A DNA stretch of 64,000 nt from Dehalococcoidia bacterium (GCA_965197645.1 OZ240219.1:608001-672000); one strand, 5' to 3'. Shown: positions 10,176 to 22,251, counted from the first letter of the stretch. Notes: generated from the letters alone by a model not told the origin. Translations and numbers: made by a program.

Positions 10176-11591
10176 TCAGACTTGGGCTAGTCTCCTGCCC
10201 TCTTCCAGCAGCCTGCTCACCTGCTCCAGACTCTCGCTTTCGGCGTAGATGCGCATGAGCGGCTCGGTGCCCGAGAACCGGACCAGGAGCCAGCTGCCGT
10301 CCTCCAACGTGAACTTCAGTCCGTCCGTGACATCGAAGTCGGTGACGGCCCAACTATCCAGCTCGAGTGGTGGGTCCGCCGACACTCTCTCCACGATGCG
10401 GCCCTTGTCTTCAGCCTCCAGGTGCAGGTCTATCCGGCTGTAGTGATGAGGGCCGACGACGTCGTAGAGGTCGGAAAGCAGGCGGGACACGGATTTTCCG
10501 GTGCCGGACATCATATCCAGGATGTAGAGGGACGAGAGTATCCCATCCCGCTCCGGGATGTGGCCCCGGAACCCGAAACCCCCGCTCTCCTCACCCCCTA
10601 TCAGGGCGTTCTCCCTCATCATGACCGGACCGATGTGCTTGAAGCCCACCGGAGTCTCGTGGACGGTAACACCGTAGATCTCGCCCAGCCGGTTGATCAT
10701 CCTGCTGGAGGTGATGGACTTGACCATGGGCCCCCGCTCCCCTCGAACCTCCAGCAGGTAGTAGGCCAGAAGCCCGAAGATCTGGAGCGTGGTGAGGATG
10801 TTCCCGTTTTCGTCGGCGAGGCCCACCCGGTCGGCGTCCCCATCGGTGGCCAAGCCCACGTCGTATCCCAGGCGCCTCACGCGGCGGCTGAGCTGCCCAA
10901 GGTTACGATCGATGGGCTCGGGCTGGGCCAACCCCGGGAACCGGGGGTTGTGGGCCCCGTGGATCTCGCTCACGGTGGTAGCACCGCCCGCCAGCAGCGA
11001 TTTCAGATAGCCGGCTCCTGCCCCGTACATCGAGTCCACCACAATCTTGATCCCACTGCTGCTCAGTCGTTCCAAGTCCACCAGGCGGGATAGCTGGTCC
11101 GCATACTCGGCCCTCAGGTCCACCCGCTGCACGTCGCCGTCTTCGATCCGCGCCGGTGGAGCGCCGCCCGCCTCCAGCACCTTTCCGATGTTCGCCTCCA
11201 GGGCCTCCACGATCTCCGGCGAGGCGCTGCCGGCATACTCGGGCTTGTACTTGAAGCCGTTCCACTCGGGTGGGTTGTGGCTGGCAGTGATGATAACGGC
11301 CCCGGCGGCCCTGCGGGTCACGATTCCATAGCTGACTACGGGGGTTGGGGTGGGCCGGTTGCACAGGTAGCAGGGGATGCCGTTGGAGGCCAGAACACCG
11401 GCAACGGCCTCGGCGAACTTGTCCGACAGGAAACGGGTATCGAACCCTACGACAACGCCTCGCTCTGCTAGCCCAAGCTGCATGACGTAGTCGGCGACCC
11501 CTTGGGCGCAGGCTCGAACGTTGGAGAAGGTGAAATCATCGGCTATGACGGCTCGCCACCCATCGGTGCCGAACTTTATCGGGCTGGACAT
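10176..11591 (-). CDS. Phosphoglucomutase/phosphomannomutase family protein
   Basis: FGTDGWR, TASHNP, DGDADR, GGEESG, RFSGTEP. Confidence 0.95.
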   Translation of the reverse strand: MSSPIKFGTDGWRAVIADDFTFSNVRACAQGVADYVMQLGLAERGVVVGFDTRFLSDKFAEAVAGVLASNGIPCYLCNRPTPTPVVSYGIVTRRAAGAVIITASHNPPEWNGFKYKPEYAGSASPEIVEALEANIGKVLEAGGAPPARIEDGDVQRVDLRAEYADQLSRLVDLERLSSSGIKIVVDSMYGAGAGYLKSLLAGGATTVSEIHGAHNPRFPGLAQPEPIDRNLGQLSRRVRRLGYDVGLATDGDADRVGLADENGNILTTLQIFGLLAYYLLEVRGERGPMVKSITSSRMINRLGEIYGVTVHETPVGFKHIGPVMMRENALIGGEESGGFGFRGHIPERDGILSSLYILDMMSGTGKSVSRLLSDLYDVVGPHHYSRIDLHLEAEDKGRIVERVSADPPLELDSWAVTDFDVTDGLKFTLEDGSWLLVRFSGTEPLMRIYAESESLEQVSRLLEEGRRLAQV

Positions 11592-11617
11592 CTGTACCTC
11601 AGGGCAATAATCAGGTC

Positions 11618-12292
11618 CTATTCTCCATCGGAAAGGATGCGAAAGGTCCCCAACAGGAACTGGATGTGCCTGGTGGTGAACGGGGTATTCTCCAGGCCTC
11701 GAGACCGGGTAACGGTGACCAGATAGACGTCGTCCTGGTGGGTGACGAAAGCAGCGAACTCCTCGAAGGGAAAGTCCGCTCCCCCATAGGCGTAGGCCAT
11801 GATAACGGTCTCTCGACCGTCCTGTGTCGTCAGGGCCGGATCAAACAGTACATCCACTTCGGAGACCCTGGCTACGGCGCCCAAGTGCTGGTCTACAAAA
11901 TCCTCCAGGGGTATGGTGGTCAGTAGAGACGGTACGACCAGTACCCTGATCACTCCGAAGAACTCTTCGCTGATGATCTGCACACTTTGACCATCCGCCG
12001 ATTCGGTCAGCTGCCAACCTTCGGGGTGCAGAATTGCGTAGGGAAACTCGGCGTTTCGATACTCGACGCCATCCAGCTCTCCGCTGATGCCGGAAGGAAC
12101 GGTTGGTACAGGCGTCTCCGTCCCGGCGACGGGGGTGTTCTGCTCCGGGATAGAGGTGGCCGTTGGCGTCATGGCAAGGGGAGTATCCTGGTCAGGGACC
12201 GGAGTGGCCGTTGGCGTCGAATCGGTGGGCCGGCAAGACAGGGCGACAACAATGACGATCAAGAGAACTGTCAGCCTTAGATAAATGGGCAC
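11618..12292 (-). CDS. Hypothetical lipoprotein (Pro/Thr linker, PsbP-like domain)
   Basis: Hydrophobic signal peptide ending ALSC (lipobox), PT-rich linker, Y.I.HPEGW; GTG start inferred. Confidence 0.65.
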   Translation of the reverse strand: MPIYLRLTVLLIVIVVALSCRPTDSTPTATPVPDQDTPLAMTPTATSIPEQNTPVAGTETPVPTVPSGISGELDGVEYRNAEFPYAILHPEGWQLTESADGQSVQIISEEFFGVIRVLVVPSLLTTIPLEDFVDQHLGAVARVSEVDVLFDPALTTQDGRETVIMAYAYGGADFPFEEFAAFVTHQDDVYLVTVTRSRGLENTPFTTRHIQFLLGTFRILSDGE

Positions 12293-12477
12293 GATGCTTC
12301 CACTGTTACGGATTTCCCCTTCGCCTCTTGAGGCGCCGGACGTTGGAACGATTCTATCAGGGTGAACGCCGACTATGAAGATGTCCCGCTCACTAGCCCA
12401 GAGCTGCCGCGGTGAACACGCCGGCCCCTTTACCGTTGTCAGATGGGATATCATTACGTCCTGGGAGGTGTAATGAG

Positions 12478-13890
12478 ATGAACAGTGAAGATCTGGCCTT
12501 CGTGCCGGCCTGGCAGCTGCGGGATATGATCGCATCCAAAGAGGTCTCGCCCGTCGAGCTGGTAGACCTGTATCTACGGCGTATCGAACGGATCAATCCC
12601 CAGTTGAACGCCTACCTCACGATAGTAGAGGATCTGGCCCGGTCTGAGGCCAAGAAGGCGGAGGAGGCGGTCTCCCGTGGCGAAACCCTGGGACCGCTTC
12701 ACGGCATGCCCATTGCCATCAAGGACCTGGAGCAGACCAAGGGCATCCGGACCACGATGGGTTCGCTGATCTACAAGGACTCCGTGCCCGACGAGGACTC
12801 CATCGAGGTCGAGCGGCTGCGCGCCGCCGGCGTCATCATTCTGGGCAAGACCAACACGCCCGAGTTCGGCCTGCTGGGCGAAAGCAAGAACCGGCTAGGA
12901 GACGACTGCCGGAACCCGTGGGATGTCCGCTGCACCACCGGCGGCTCCAGCGGAGGTTCGGCCGCGGCCATAGCCTCGGGGTTGGCGCCCCTGTCCACCG
13001 GCAGCGATTCGGCAGGCTCGATAAACAACCCCGCCGGATTCTGCGGGGTCTACGGCATCAAGCCGACCCTGGGCCGGATACCCTGCTGGCCGGTGGGCGC
13101 GCCCTATCTGCTCACCCACTATGGGCCCCTCACCTGGACAGTGAAGGACGCCGCCCTGATGCTTCAGGCTGCGGCCGGCCACGATAGCCGGGACCCGATG
13201 GCTATGCGAGAGACGCCGCCGGACTTTCTGGCTGCCCTGGAGGCACCCCTGGGGGAGCTGAAGATTGCTTGGAGCCCGGACCAGGGATTTGCCCCGGTGG
13301 ACGGAGACGTGGTATCGGTATCTCGCAAAGCGGCTTTCGCATTCGAGGCGCTGGGCTGCAACGTGGAAGAGGTCAAGCTCGACCACGGCGATCCCTTCGA
13401 GTTCTATCTCCCCGTCAACTGGGGAGAAGGCTACGAAGGATCGGGCGACCTGCTGGCGAACCACCTCGATGAACTGCACCCCGAATCGGTCGAGGAGCTC
13501 CAAGCCGGTAGAGCACTAACCGTGGACCAGTACTCCGCAGCCCTCACCCGTCTGTGGCACTTCCGCAGCGAGATGGCCGATTTCTTCGAAGAATACGATC
13601 TGCTCATCACCCCCACCAACGCCGTGACCGCTTTCCCGGTGGGCGAGCAACCTTCGGAGATCGGCGGAACACCGGTGCGGCCCCACTGGACCACCTTCAT
13701 GCCCTTCCAGGTGTTCTGGAATCTGACGGGGCATCCGGTGGCGTCGGTGCCGTGCGGCTTCGGCTCGGACGGCCTGCCGGTGGGAATAATGATCGCCGCC
13801 CAGTGGGGGAGAGAAGACCTGGTACTGAGGGCATCGGCTGCGTTGGAGGAGGCCCACCCCTGGGCTGGCAAGCGCCCGCCAGTGTCCTAG
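12478..13890 (+). CDS. Amidase signature family enzyme
   Basis: IAIKDL, GKTNTPEFG, GGSSGGS, GSDSAGSI. Confidence 0.95.
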   Translation: MNSEDLAFVPAWQLRDMIASKEVSPVELVDLYLRRIERINPQLNAYLTIVEDLARSEAKKAEEAVSRGETLGPLHGMPIAIKDLEQTKGIRTTMGSLIYKDSVPDEDSIEVERLRAAGVIILGKTNTPEFGLLGESKNRLGDDCRNPWDVRCTTGGSSGGSAAAIASGLAPLSTGSDSAGSINNPAGFCGVYGIKPTLGRIPCWPVGAPYLLTHYGPLTWTVKDAALMLQAAAGHDSRDPMAMRETPPDFLAALEAPLGELKIAWSPDQGFAPVDGDVVSVSRKAAFAFEALGCNVEEVKLDHGDPFEFYLPVNWGEGYEGSGDLLANHLDELHPESVEELQAGRALTVDQYSAALTRLWHFRSEMADFFEEYDLLITPTNAVTAFPVGEQPSEIGGTPVRPHWTTFMPFQVFWNLTGHPVASVPCGFGSDGLPVGIMIAAQWGREDLVLRASAALEEAHPWAGKRPPVS

Positions 13891-13908
13891 AGGGGTGCTG
13901 AAAAACCC

Positions 13909-14265
13909 GTTTCGCGACCATCCCCCTGGCCCCCTTCCTGGCCAGGAAGGGGGAATAAGATGAGATAATTTCTGAGGGCCACCCTCAGACTCCCGGCAAA
14001 GGGGCTTTGCCCCTCTGCACACCCCTCGTACTTTGGCCTCAACCGGGGAGTCCAGAGGGCTTCCCTCTGGCAGGGGGCTTGGGGGGCGTGTCCCCAATAC
14101 ACTAAACGTCTCAGGGCGAGTGGGAGGGAAGAACCACCTGGAGTGGGGCAACGGCCAGACCTGGCTAGATTGCCACGCCCCGACTTCGTCGGGTCTCGCA
14201 ATGACGAGGTTGTCGCTGTCGGCGACGGGTGAGCCGGTCCTGAGGGGGTCGAAGGGAGCGAAGTG
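13909..14265. repeat. Mosaic of repeats: C (reverse, 13909-14025), B (14046-14148), A (14150-14205), CCTGAG..GTCGAAGG module
   Basis: Multi-copy similarity within the window; several perfect hairpins. Confidence 0.88.
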
Positions 14266-14271
14266 AAGGTC

Positions 14272-15531
14272 TTAGCCGGCCTGTTCCTCGACCTGGGGAC
14301 TCACCTCGCCCTTTAGTCCCGCCTCGAACCTCAGCGCAGCCGCTTTGTCGGTGCGCTCCCAGGGCGCATCGATATCGTTCCGGCCGAAGTGACCGTAGGC
14401 TGCCGTGGGCCGGTAGATGGGACGGCGCAGGTCCAGGTCCCTGATTATCGCTGCCGGTCTCAGATCGAAGTGCTTGTCGATCAGCTTCTCGATCAGAGCG
14501 TCCTCCACCTTGCCCGTGCCGAAGGTCTCAACGCTCACGGATATCGGGTGGGCCATTCCTATAGCATAGGACAGCTGTATCTCCAACCGGTCCGCCAGTC
14601 CTGCGCCCACCAGGTTCTTGGCCACGTAGCGGGCCGCGTATGCCGCCGACCGGTCCACCTTGGTCGGGTCCTTGCCCGAAAACGCTCCGCCTCCGTGTCT
14701 GGCCACTCCTCCGTAGGTATCGGCGATGATCTTGCGTCCCGTAAGCCCCGCGTCCCCCATGGGCCCGCCGGTAACGAACCGGCCGGTGGGGTTAACGTAG
14801 AACTTGGTGCTGGGCCTGAGGAGCTGCTGGGGGATGACGTCGACGATGACGTGCTCCTGAAGGTCGTCGCTTATGACGCTCTGCGGCACTCCGGGATCAT
14901 GCTGAGTGCTCAGCACCACCGTATGCACGGACTGGGGCACACCATGCCGGTACTCCACCGTGACCTGGGACTTTCCGTCCGGCCTGAGATAGGGCAACGT
15001 GCCGTCCTTCCGAATGGCAGCCATCCGTTTGCACAGCTTGTGGGCAAGAGAGATGGTCAGCGGCATCAGCTCGGGGGTCTCATTGCAGGCGAACCCGATC
15101 ATCATCCCCTGGTCACCGGCGCCTATCTGGTCGAAGTTGTCCTCATCGTCGAAGGGGATCTCCTGCTCTTTGGCCTCGGCCGAGCGGTCTACGCCGAGGG
15201 CGATATCCCTGGACTGCTCCTTCAGCGAAACGATGACGCCGCAGGTCTCGTAGTCGAACCCGTACTCCGAGTGGGTGTATCCGGTGCTCCGGATGGTGTC
15301 CCGGGCCAGCTTGGGGATATCGACGTACGTATCGGTGGAGATCTCTCCCGCGATGAGCACCAGGCCGGTGGTGACCGAGGTCTCACACGCCACGCGTCCG
15401 TTGATGTCGTTGGCTATGACCCCGTCCAGCACTGCGTCCGATATCTGATCGCAGATCTTGTCCGGGTGCCCCTCGGTTATCGATTCCGAGGTGAACAGTA
15501 GGCTGGGGGAGCTCATGAAGGTCGTGGTCAT
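14272..15531 (-). CDS. metK: S-adenosylmethionine synthetase
   Basis: [35 protein letters not shown]. Confidence 0.98.
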   Translation of the reverse strand: MTTTFMSSPSLLFTSESITEGHPDKICDQISDAVLDGVIANDINGRVACETSVTTGLVLIAGEISTDTYVDIPKLARDTIRSTGYTHSEYGFDYETCGVIVSLKEQSRDIALGVDRSAEAKEQEIPFDDEDNFDQIGAGDQGMMIGFACNETPELMPLTISLAHKLCKRMAAIRKDGTLPYLRPDGKSQVTVEYRHGVPQSVHTVVLSTQHDPGVPQSVISDDLQEHVIVDVIPQQLLRPSTKFYVNPTGRFVTGGPMGDAGLTGRKIIADTYGGVARHGGGAFSGKDPTKVDRSAAYAARYVAKNLVGAGLADRLEIQLSYAIGMAHPISVSVETFGTGKVEDALIEKLIDKHFDLRPAAIIRDLDLRRPIYRPTAAYGHFGRNDIDAPWERTDKAAALRFEAGLKGEVSPQVEEQAG

Positions 15532-15582
15532 ATCTCTTCTCCTGTGGAATGGGGAGTCCGAAGGGTTGGATGTCCTATGCGT

Positions 15583-16863
<1,281 letters not shown>

Positions 16864-16915
16864 CTATGACTGCTATCTATCTAAACGTGCCGGTGTAGCC
16901 GGGCACGGACGGCCC

Positions 16916-16944
16916 ATTATGATACTGGAAGGGCGCTTAGTCTA
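16916..16944 (-). promoter_or_regulatory. Putative sigma70 promoter of ahcY-metK
   Basis: TAGACT-17-CATAAT on the minus strand. Confidence 0.5.
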
Positions 16945-17036
16945 CCCTCGTAGCGTAGGGAGGGCGGGTCGGAGGTCGTTTGGCTGGCACTAAAGATTCG
17001 AGGTGAATCCTTCATTCCTGTCGGGACGAGGCCGGC

Positions 17037-17387
17037 TTACTTTTCGACGGGATACTCGCTGTCGATCCACCCCTCGGTGCCGCCCTCAAGGTTGTACAGG
17101 TCGGAGTGGCCGTACGCAGCAGCGACCTCGCAAGCCAGCGCGCTGCGGACGCCGACGGCGCACACGAACAGCAGCTGCTTGCCGCTTTCCAGCTCGTCCA
17201 CCCTGTTGAACAGGTCGTCCACCGGAATCAGCTTGGCGCCGGGCACGTGGCCCGCTTCGTATTCATCGGGGTTCCGTACGTCGATGACCTTCACGTCGCC
17301 TCCTTCGATAAGCTCCTTGGCGGCGACGGTGTTGATCCTCTTGAAGGGCTCCCCCTGCTCCTGTCTGATCTGGGCTTCCATCTCCAT
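17037..17387 (-). CDS. Single-domain rhodanese
   Basis: IDVR...EYEAGHVPGA, CAVGVRS active loop, NLEGG...W. Confidence 0.93.
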   Translation of the reverse strand: MEMEAQIRQEQGEPFKRINTVAAKELIEGGDVKVIDVRNPDEYEAGHVPGAKLIPVDDLFNRVDELESGKQLLFVCAVGVRSALACEVAAAYGHSDLYNLEGGTEGWIDSEYPVEK

Positions 17388-17498
17388 CTTCTCTCCTCGG
17401 TCTAGGTCTCAAGCTCCACGCAGCGCCTGACGTAAAGGCGTAACCTCTATTGTAACTTCTAAGGGAAGCCGTAGCCAGTGGTTACGCCTCGTGCTTGC

Positions 17499-18359
17499 CT
17501 AAACGTACTTACCGACAAGGAGCCCGAGGGACTGCTTGATCTCCGGAGGAATGCGGTCGGGAGCGGTGATGATCGCGCTTGAAAGGGCGCTGCCGCAGCC
17601 GCAGGCGTCCCGACCGGGCATCCTCGAAGTAAGGTCCCGCACTATTCGCTGCGAGACGGCGACGTTCTTCAGCAGGTTGTTCACCACCATCTCAACGCTC
17701 ACCGATTCGTGGGTCTGGTGCCAGCAGTCGTAGTCGGTGGCGCAAGCCAGGGTGGCGTAGCACAGCTCGGCCTCCCTGGCGAGCTTGGCCTCGGGAAGGG
17801 CCGTCATTCCAATGACGCTGGCGCCCCAGGACCGGTAGAGCTCGCTTTCGGCCCGGGTCGAGAAGAGGGGCCCTTCCATGACGACGTATGTGCCCCCGTT
17901 GTGGGTCCGCGCCCCCGCGGCCGAAGCAGTTTCGTACAACGCATTGCTGAGGCTGGGGCAGAAGGGGTCCGCGAACTGGGTGTGGACGACCAGGCCCTCT
18001 TCGAAGAAGGAGTTGACCCGGCTCTTGGTGCGATCGATGAGCTGGTCAGGCACCACCAGGTCCATGGGCCTTATCTCCTCTTTCAGACTTCCCACCGCGC
18101 TCACCGAAACGACCCACTGCACTCCCAGCGATTTCAGGGCAAAGATGTTGGCCCGGGCCGGAATATTGGTGGGATTGATACGGTGGCCCCTGCCGTGGCG
18201 AGGCAGAAACGCCACCCGTCGGCCTTCCAGCGTGCCTACTACGATGGCGTCGCTGGGCTCTCCGAAGGGAGTCTCGGGCCTGACCTCCTCGGTATCGGCG
18301 AGCCCGTCCATGCGGTACAACCCGCTGCCCCCGATGATGCCTATCTCTGCTTGTGCCAA
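17499..18359 (-). CDS. mtnP: S-methyl-5'-thioadenosine phosphorylase
   Basis: IGIIGGSG, FLPRHG, EGP.FSTRAES, GMT..PEA.LARE, TDYDCW. Confidence 0.95.
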   Translation of the reverse strand: MAQAEIGIIGGSGLYRMDGLADTEEVRPETPFGEPSDAIVVGTLEGRRVAFLPRHGRGHRINPTNIPARANIFALKSLGVQWVVSVSAVGSLKEEIRPMDLVVPDQLIDRTKSRVNSFFEEGLVVHTQFADPFCPSLSNALYETASAAGARTHNGGTYVVMEGPLFSTRAESELYRSWGASVIGMTALPEAKLAREAELCYATLACATDYDCWHQTHESVSVEMVVNNLLKNVAVSQRIVRDLTSRMPGRDACGCGSALSSAIITAPDRIPPEIKQSLGLLVGKYV

Positions 18360-18382
18360 CGGTCGCCTCGCGATTCCTGTCT

Positions 18383-19411
18383 CTAAGCCCCTGCCACCAG
18401 GTCCTTCAACGACTCGGAGTAGGGCTCCCCGACGATTCCCTGCTCCGTGATGATAGCGGACACATACCGGTGGGGCGTCACGTCGAAGGCGGGGTTCGCC
18501 ACCGACACCCCTTCCGCCGCTACGCGCTGGCCGGCGAACTGGACGACCTCCTCCTCGCTCCGTTCCTCTATCGGTATCGCCTCCCCCGAGGGCATCGAGA
18601 GGTCCACGGTGCTTATGGGAGCGGCCACGTAGAAGGGGACCTGGTTCTCATTGGCCAGCACCGATATCGAGTAGGTGCCGATCTTGTTGGCTACGTCGCC
18701 GTTGGCGGCGATCCGGTCGGCACCGACGATGACGCAGTCGACTTCGCCTCTGCTCAGGAAGTGGCCAGCCATCGAGTCGGTGATTAGGGTCACGTCGATG
18801 GAGTCCCGGACCAGCTCCCAAGCCGTTAGCCGGGCGCCCTGGAGGAAGGGGCGGGTCTCGGTGGCTATCACCTTAAGATCAGTCCCCATTTTCACCGCGC
18901 TGCGGATTACTCCGAGAGCGGTGCCGTAGCCTGCCGTGGCCAGAGCGCCGGCGTTGCAGTGGGTCATCACCCGGCTCTTGCCCAGGAGAAGCTCTGCGCC
19001 CAGTGCCCCCATGCGACGGTTGGACTCTTCGTCCTGCCGTTGGATGGTGAGGGCCTCGTTCAGCAGCGCCTCCCTCATGCCCCTCATCTCCGTGTTCTCT
19101 ATCACTCGCTCCATCCGCTCCAGTGCCCACCGGAGGTTCACAGCGGTGGGCCGGGACGAGCCCAGGGCCTCAATGACCGGCTTCATCTTCCGGGTGAAGG
19201 ACCCTTTATCGGCTGCATCTATCGAGCTTGCGCCCAGGACCACGCCATAGGCGGCGGCCACCCCAATGGCCGGAGCCCCCCGGATGCGCATCTCCTTGAT
19301 GGCCCGGACCACGCCCTGGTGGTCGGACAGCTCAAGGTAGACCTCCTCCAGAGGCAGCCTGGTCTGGTCCAGCATCCGGACCTTGTTATCGACCCACTCG
19401 ATGGTTTTCAT
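18383..19411 (-). CDS. mtnA: Methylthioribose-1-phosphate isomerase
   Basis: LDQTRLP, RGAPAIG, THCNAG.LAT, ETRP.LQGARLT, NKIGTY, NPAFDVTP. Confidence 0.97.
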   Translation of the reverse strand: MKTIEWVDNKVRMLDQTRLPLEEVYLELSDHQGVVRAIKEMRIRGAPAIGVAAAYGVVLGASSIDAADKGSFTRKMKPVIEALGSSRPTAVNLRWALERMERVIENTEMRGMREALLNEALTIQRQDEESNRRMGALGAELLLGKSRVMTHCNAGALATAGYGTALGVIRSAVKMGTDLKVIATETRPFLQGARLTAWELVRDSIDVTLITDSMAGHFLSRGEVDCVIVGADRIAANGDVANKIGTYSISVLANENQVPFYVAAPISTVDLSMPSGEAIPIEERSEEEVVQFAGQRVAAEGVSVANPAFDVTPHRYVSAIITEQGIVGEPYSESLKDLVAGA

Positions 19412-19476
19412 AGCTGAATCGCGGCCAGTATAAGGGAACGCCACCGGCTCGACAATTGGCGTGCGGTGCAGGCGCG

Positions 19477-19505
19477 TTGACGAAACTTTACATATTTGCT
19501 ACTTT
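19477..19505 (+). promoter_or_regulatory. Putative sigma70 promoter of the amidohydrolase gene
   Basis: TTGACG-17-TACTTT with TG extension, in an AT-rich patch. Confidence 0.55.
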
Positions 19506-19670
19506 ACCTTTGCCTGCCGAGATGTGCGGATCCCATGGAGGACTGAGCGTCCAACGTCAGCCAACGCAGCGGCAACAGCCGGGACAATGGATACCGGCAC
19601 TCCACAAAATGAAACTATCTTCCACGTCAGCGACACCGGCAAAGGCAATCTAGGATAGGGAGGCGTCGAA

Positions 19671-20792
19671 ATGGGACGGAACGGATACAAAGTAATGGAC
19701 TCGGACCTGCACGTGCAGGAGCCCGCGGACCTGTACACCAACTACATGGACCCCAAGTGGGGTGACCGGATACCCAGAATAGAAGGGAAACGGAGCAGCG
19801 AGGAGGGCACCTACACCACCTCCGAGGGAACCCCTGTACGACGGTCTCAGGCGCAGAGTTTCCCGCCCATAGGCGCCCGGGAGGGGCATCGCTTTCAGGT
19901 AGGGCGGGACACCAACTTCGATTCGACCTCCCAGATCAAGGCGATGGACATAGAGGGAATCGACGTTGCCGTCATGTTCCGGACACTTCCCCTCTACACC
20001 GACGACGCTCACGAGCCCGAGTACGCGCTGGACCTGTGCAAGGCCTGGAACGACTGGATCACCGATTTTTGCAACGAGGACCCGGCCCGGATGAAGGGCG
20101 CAGGCCTGGTCCCTCTCCACGATGCGAACCTCGCTGCCGGTGAGGTACGCCGGATAGTCAAGGACCTCGGGCACGTTGGCATCTGTCTCACCCCCGAGCC
20201 TGCGGTGGGACGGCAGCTGCCGGATGCCTATTTCGATCCCGTGTGGGCCGAGTCCCAGGACCTGGACACGCCCATCTGCTTCCATCCCAGCTTCTCGCCC
20301 AACCAGGTCCACTGGTCGAACCGGTTCGCCGATATGTCGGGCCTCACCTGGCTGGTCGAGACCTTCGATCAGCCCATGGAGCAGATACTGGCGGTGGTGT
20401 ACATGACCGCCGGCGGCATCATGGACCGGTTCCCCAACATGAAGGTGGCCTTCCTGGAGGGCAACTGCACCTGGCTGCCCTGGCTACTCTACAGGCTGGA
20501 CGAGAGGTATGAGCTGTACGAAGGGCTTGAAGGTGTCATAGACCTTTCCCTCAAACCCAGCGAGTATTTCTTCCGGCAAGGCTTCATCTCGGTGGACGTG
20601 GACGAGTACCTGGTAACCGATGTCATCGCCCGATACGGTGACGATCATCTCGTCTTCACTACCGACTACCCCCACACCGACTGCAAGTTCCCCGAGGCCA
20701 CCAACACCTTCCTATCGATGGAGGACCTGCCCGACGAGACCAAGCGAAAGATCCTCTGGGACAATTGCGCCCGCCTTTACAGCATGAACTAG
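19671..20792 (+). CDS. Amidohydrolase_2 family protein
   Basis: DSDLHVQEP, FHP, FLEGN, TDYPHTD, ILWDN. Confidence 0.92.
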   Translation: MGRNGYKVMDSDLHVQEPADLYTNYMDPKWGDRIPRIEGKRSSEEGTYTTSEGTPVRRSQAQSFPPIGAREGHRFQVGRDTNFDSTSQIKAMDIEGIDVAVMFRTLPLYTDDAHEPEYALDLCKAWNDWITDFCNEDPARMKGAGLVPLHDANLAAGEVRRIVKDLGHVGICLTPEPAVGRQLPDAYFDPVWAESQDLDTPICFHPSFSPNQVHWSNRFADMSGLTWLVETFDQPMEQILAVVYMTAGGIMDRFPNMKVAFLEGNCTWLPWLLYRLDERYELYEGLEGVIDLSLKPSEYFFRQGFISVDVDEYLVTDVIARYGDDHLVFTTDYPHTDCKFPEATNTFLSMEDLPDETKRKILWDNCARLYSMN

Positions 20793-20816
20793 GCGCATTT
20801 GCCTAAAAGACGCGTC

Positions 20817-20856
20817 GGGGCGGCCAAGATGTATCTTGGCCGCCCCTTCTGTGTTT
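20817..20856 (+). terminator. Intrinsic terminator
   Basis: GGGGCGGCCAAGAT-gt-ATCTTGGCCGCCCC followed by TTCTGTGTTTTT. Confidence 0.8.
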
Positions 20857-20876
20857 TTGCCGTTGACCGAGTGGAT

Positions 20877-21235
20877 GGGGTGTGCAGAAGGGCGAAGCTC
20901 CCTTGCCGGGAGTCTGAGGGTGTCCCTCAGAAATTATCTTGATTTTTGCCCCCTTCCTGGCCAGGAAGGGGGTCAAGGGGATGGTCGCGAAAGGGTTGGC
21001 TTTGCCCTCCCACCCACCCCGAGACGTTATATCTGGGGACACATCCCCCATACCCCCTGCCAGAGGCAAGGCGAGGCCCTGCACCGATAACATGAAAGAA
21101 GAGGGGGGTGAAGCTCCGCACCTGCGGCAGGCGGAAGATAGAGCTGGCTTATGTCAAAGGGTCAACGGGTTCGGGGTAGAGTGTTAGCAGGCCGATAGAA
21201 TAAGGAGTGTGCAGAGGGGCGAAACCCCTTTACCG
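20877..21235. repeat. Mosaic of repeats: C (20877-20992), B (reverse, 21005-21066), half C (21204-21234)
   Basis: Matches the copies at 8349, 13909 and 14046. Confidence 0.82.
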
Positions 21236-21237
21236 CG

Positions 21238-22170
21238 TTAGCTGGTGGCGACCTTGGAATAGGCCGGGGTGCACCAGTGCTGGTACTCCTCGTTCTTGCC
21301 CTTGATGATGTCCACGTACAGGCTTCGAAGCTTGTCTGTGATCGGCCCGACCTTGCCATCGCCTATGGGCCGGTGGTCCAGCTCGACGACTGGGGTGATG
21401 TGGGCCGCCGTTCCGGTGAGGAAAAGCTCGTCGGAGGCGTATAACTCGCTGCGGTCCACCTGCTTCTCGATGGTCTCGATGCCCAGCTCCTCGCTGGCGA
21501 TCTGGATCACAGTGCTGCGGGTGATCCCCAGCAGTACGCTGTCGGAGGTCGCCGGGGTCACCAGCTTGCCGTCTGAGACTATGAACAGGTTCTCACCGCT
21601 CCCCTCGGAGACGTGCCCCTCCTGGGTCAGCATGATCGCTTCTTCGAAACCGTTCTTCATGGCCTCGGTCTTCGCCAGGGCGCTGTTGACGTACAGCCCG
21701 GTCACCTTGGCTCTTGGCGGTATCATCGTGTCCATGGGCCGTCGCCAACTGGAGATGCAGCACCGAATTCCGTCGTCGCCCCCGAAGTAGGGGCCGAAGG
21801 GCGCCACGAACATGAAGAAATCGTTGTCCACGTCATGGGAGCGGACACCGAGCACCTCCGAGCTTTGGTACACCATCGGCCGCACGTATATGTCTTCGGT
21901 GAAACCGCACATATCCACCAGCTTCACGGCCATCTCACACAGCTCTTCGGTGGGGTACTCGAGGCTCAAGTTCATAATGCGGCAGCTCTTCCTCAGCCTG
22001 TCGAAATGCTCGGCGGAGCGGAACAGGTAAATCTGCTTGTCCTCTTCGTTCCAGTTGCCGCGAATACCTTCGAACACCGCCGTGCCATAGTTCAGGGCGT
22101 GGGTCATAATCCCCACTTTAGCTTCGGAAAGTGGTACGTAGTCCCCCTTGAAGAAGGCGAAAGGCGGCAT
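21238..22170 (-). CDS. ilvE: Branched-chain amino acid aminotransferase
   Basis: HALNYGTAVFEGIR, AK..G.Y.NS, EGSGENLF, L.GITR, FLTGTAA. Confidence 0.95.
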   Translation of the reverse strand: MPPFAFFKGDYVPLSEAKVGIMTHALNYGTAVFEGIRGNWNEEDKQIYLFRSAEHFDRLRKSCRIMNLSLEYPTEELCEMAVKLVDMCGFTEDIYVRPMVYQSSEVLGVRSHDVDNDFFMFVAPFGPYFGGDDGIRCCISSWRRPMDTMIPPRAKVTGLYVNSALAKTEAMKNGFEEAIMLTQEGHVSEGSGENLFIVSDGKLVTPATSDSVLLGITRSTVIQIASEELGIETIEKQVDRSELYASDELFLTGTAAHITPVVELDHRPIGDGKVGPITDKLRSLYVDIIKGKNEEYQHWCTPAYSKVATS

Positions 22171-22251
22171 GCGAGTGTTCTCCTGTCCCAGCTACCAGAA
22201 CGTTCAACGTATGATAAATGGCTTTCGGTGAAATGACAAACTCCCCAACGT

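Noticed and set aside
13909-14265. Possible CRISPR array or tRNA in the hairpin-rich intergenic blocks
   Set aside because: No regular repeat-spacer period, no cas operon, and no cloverleaf or T-loop consensus.
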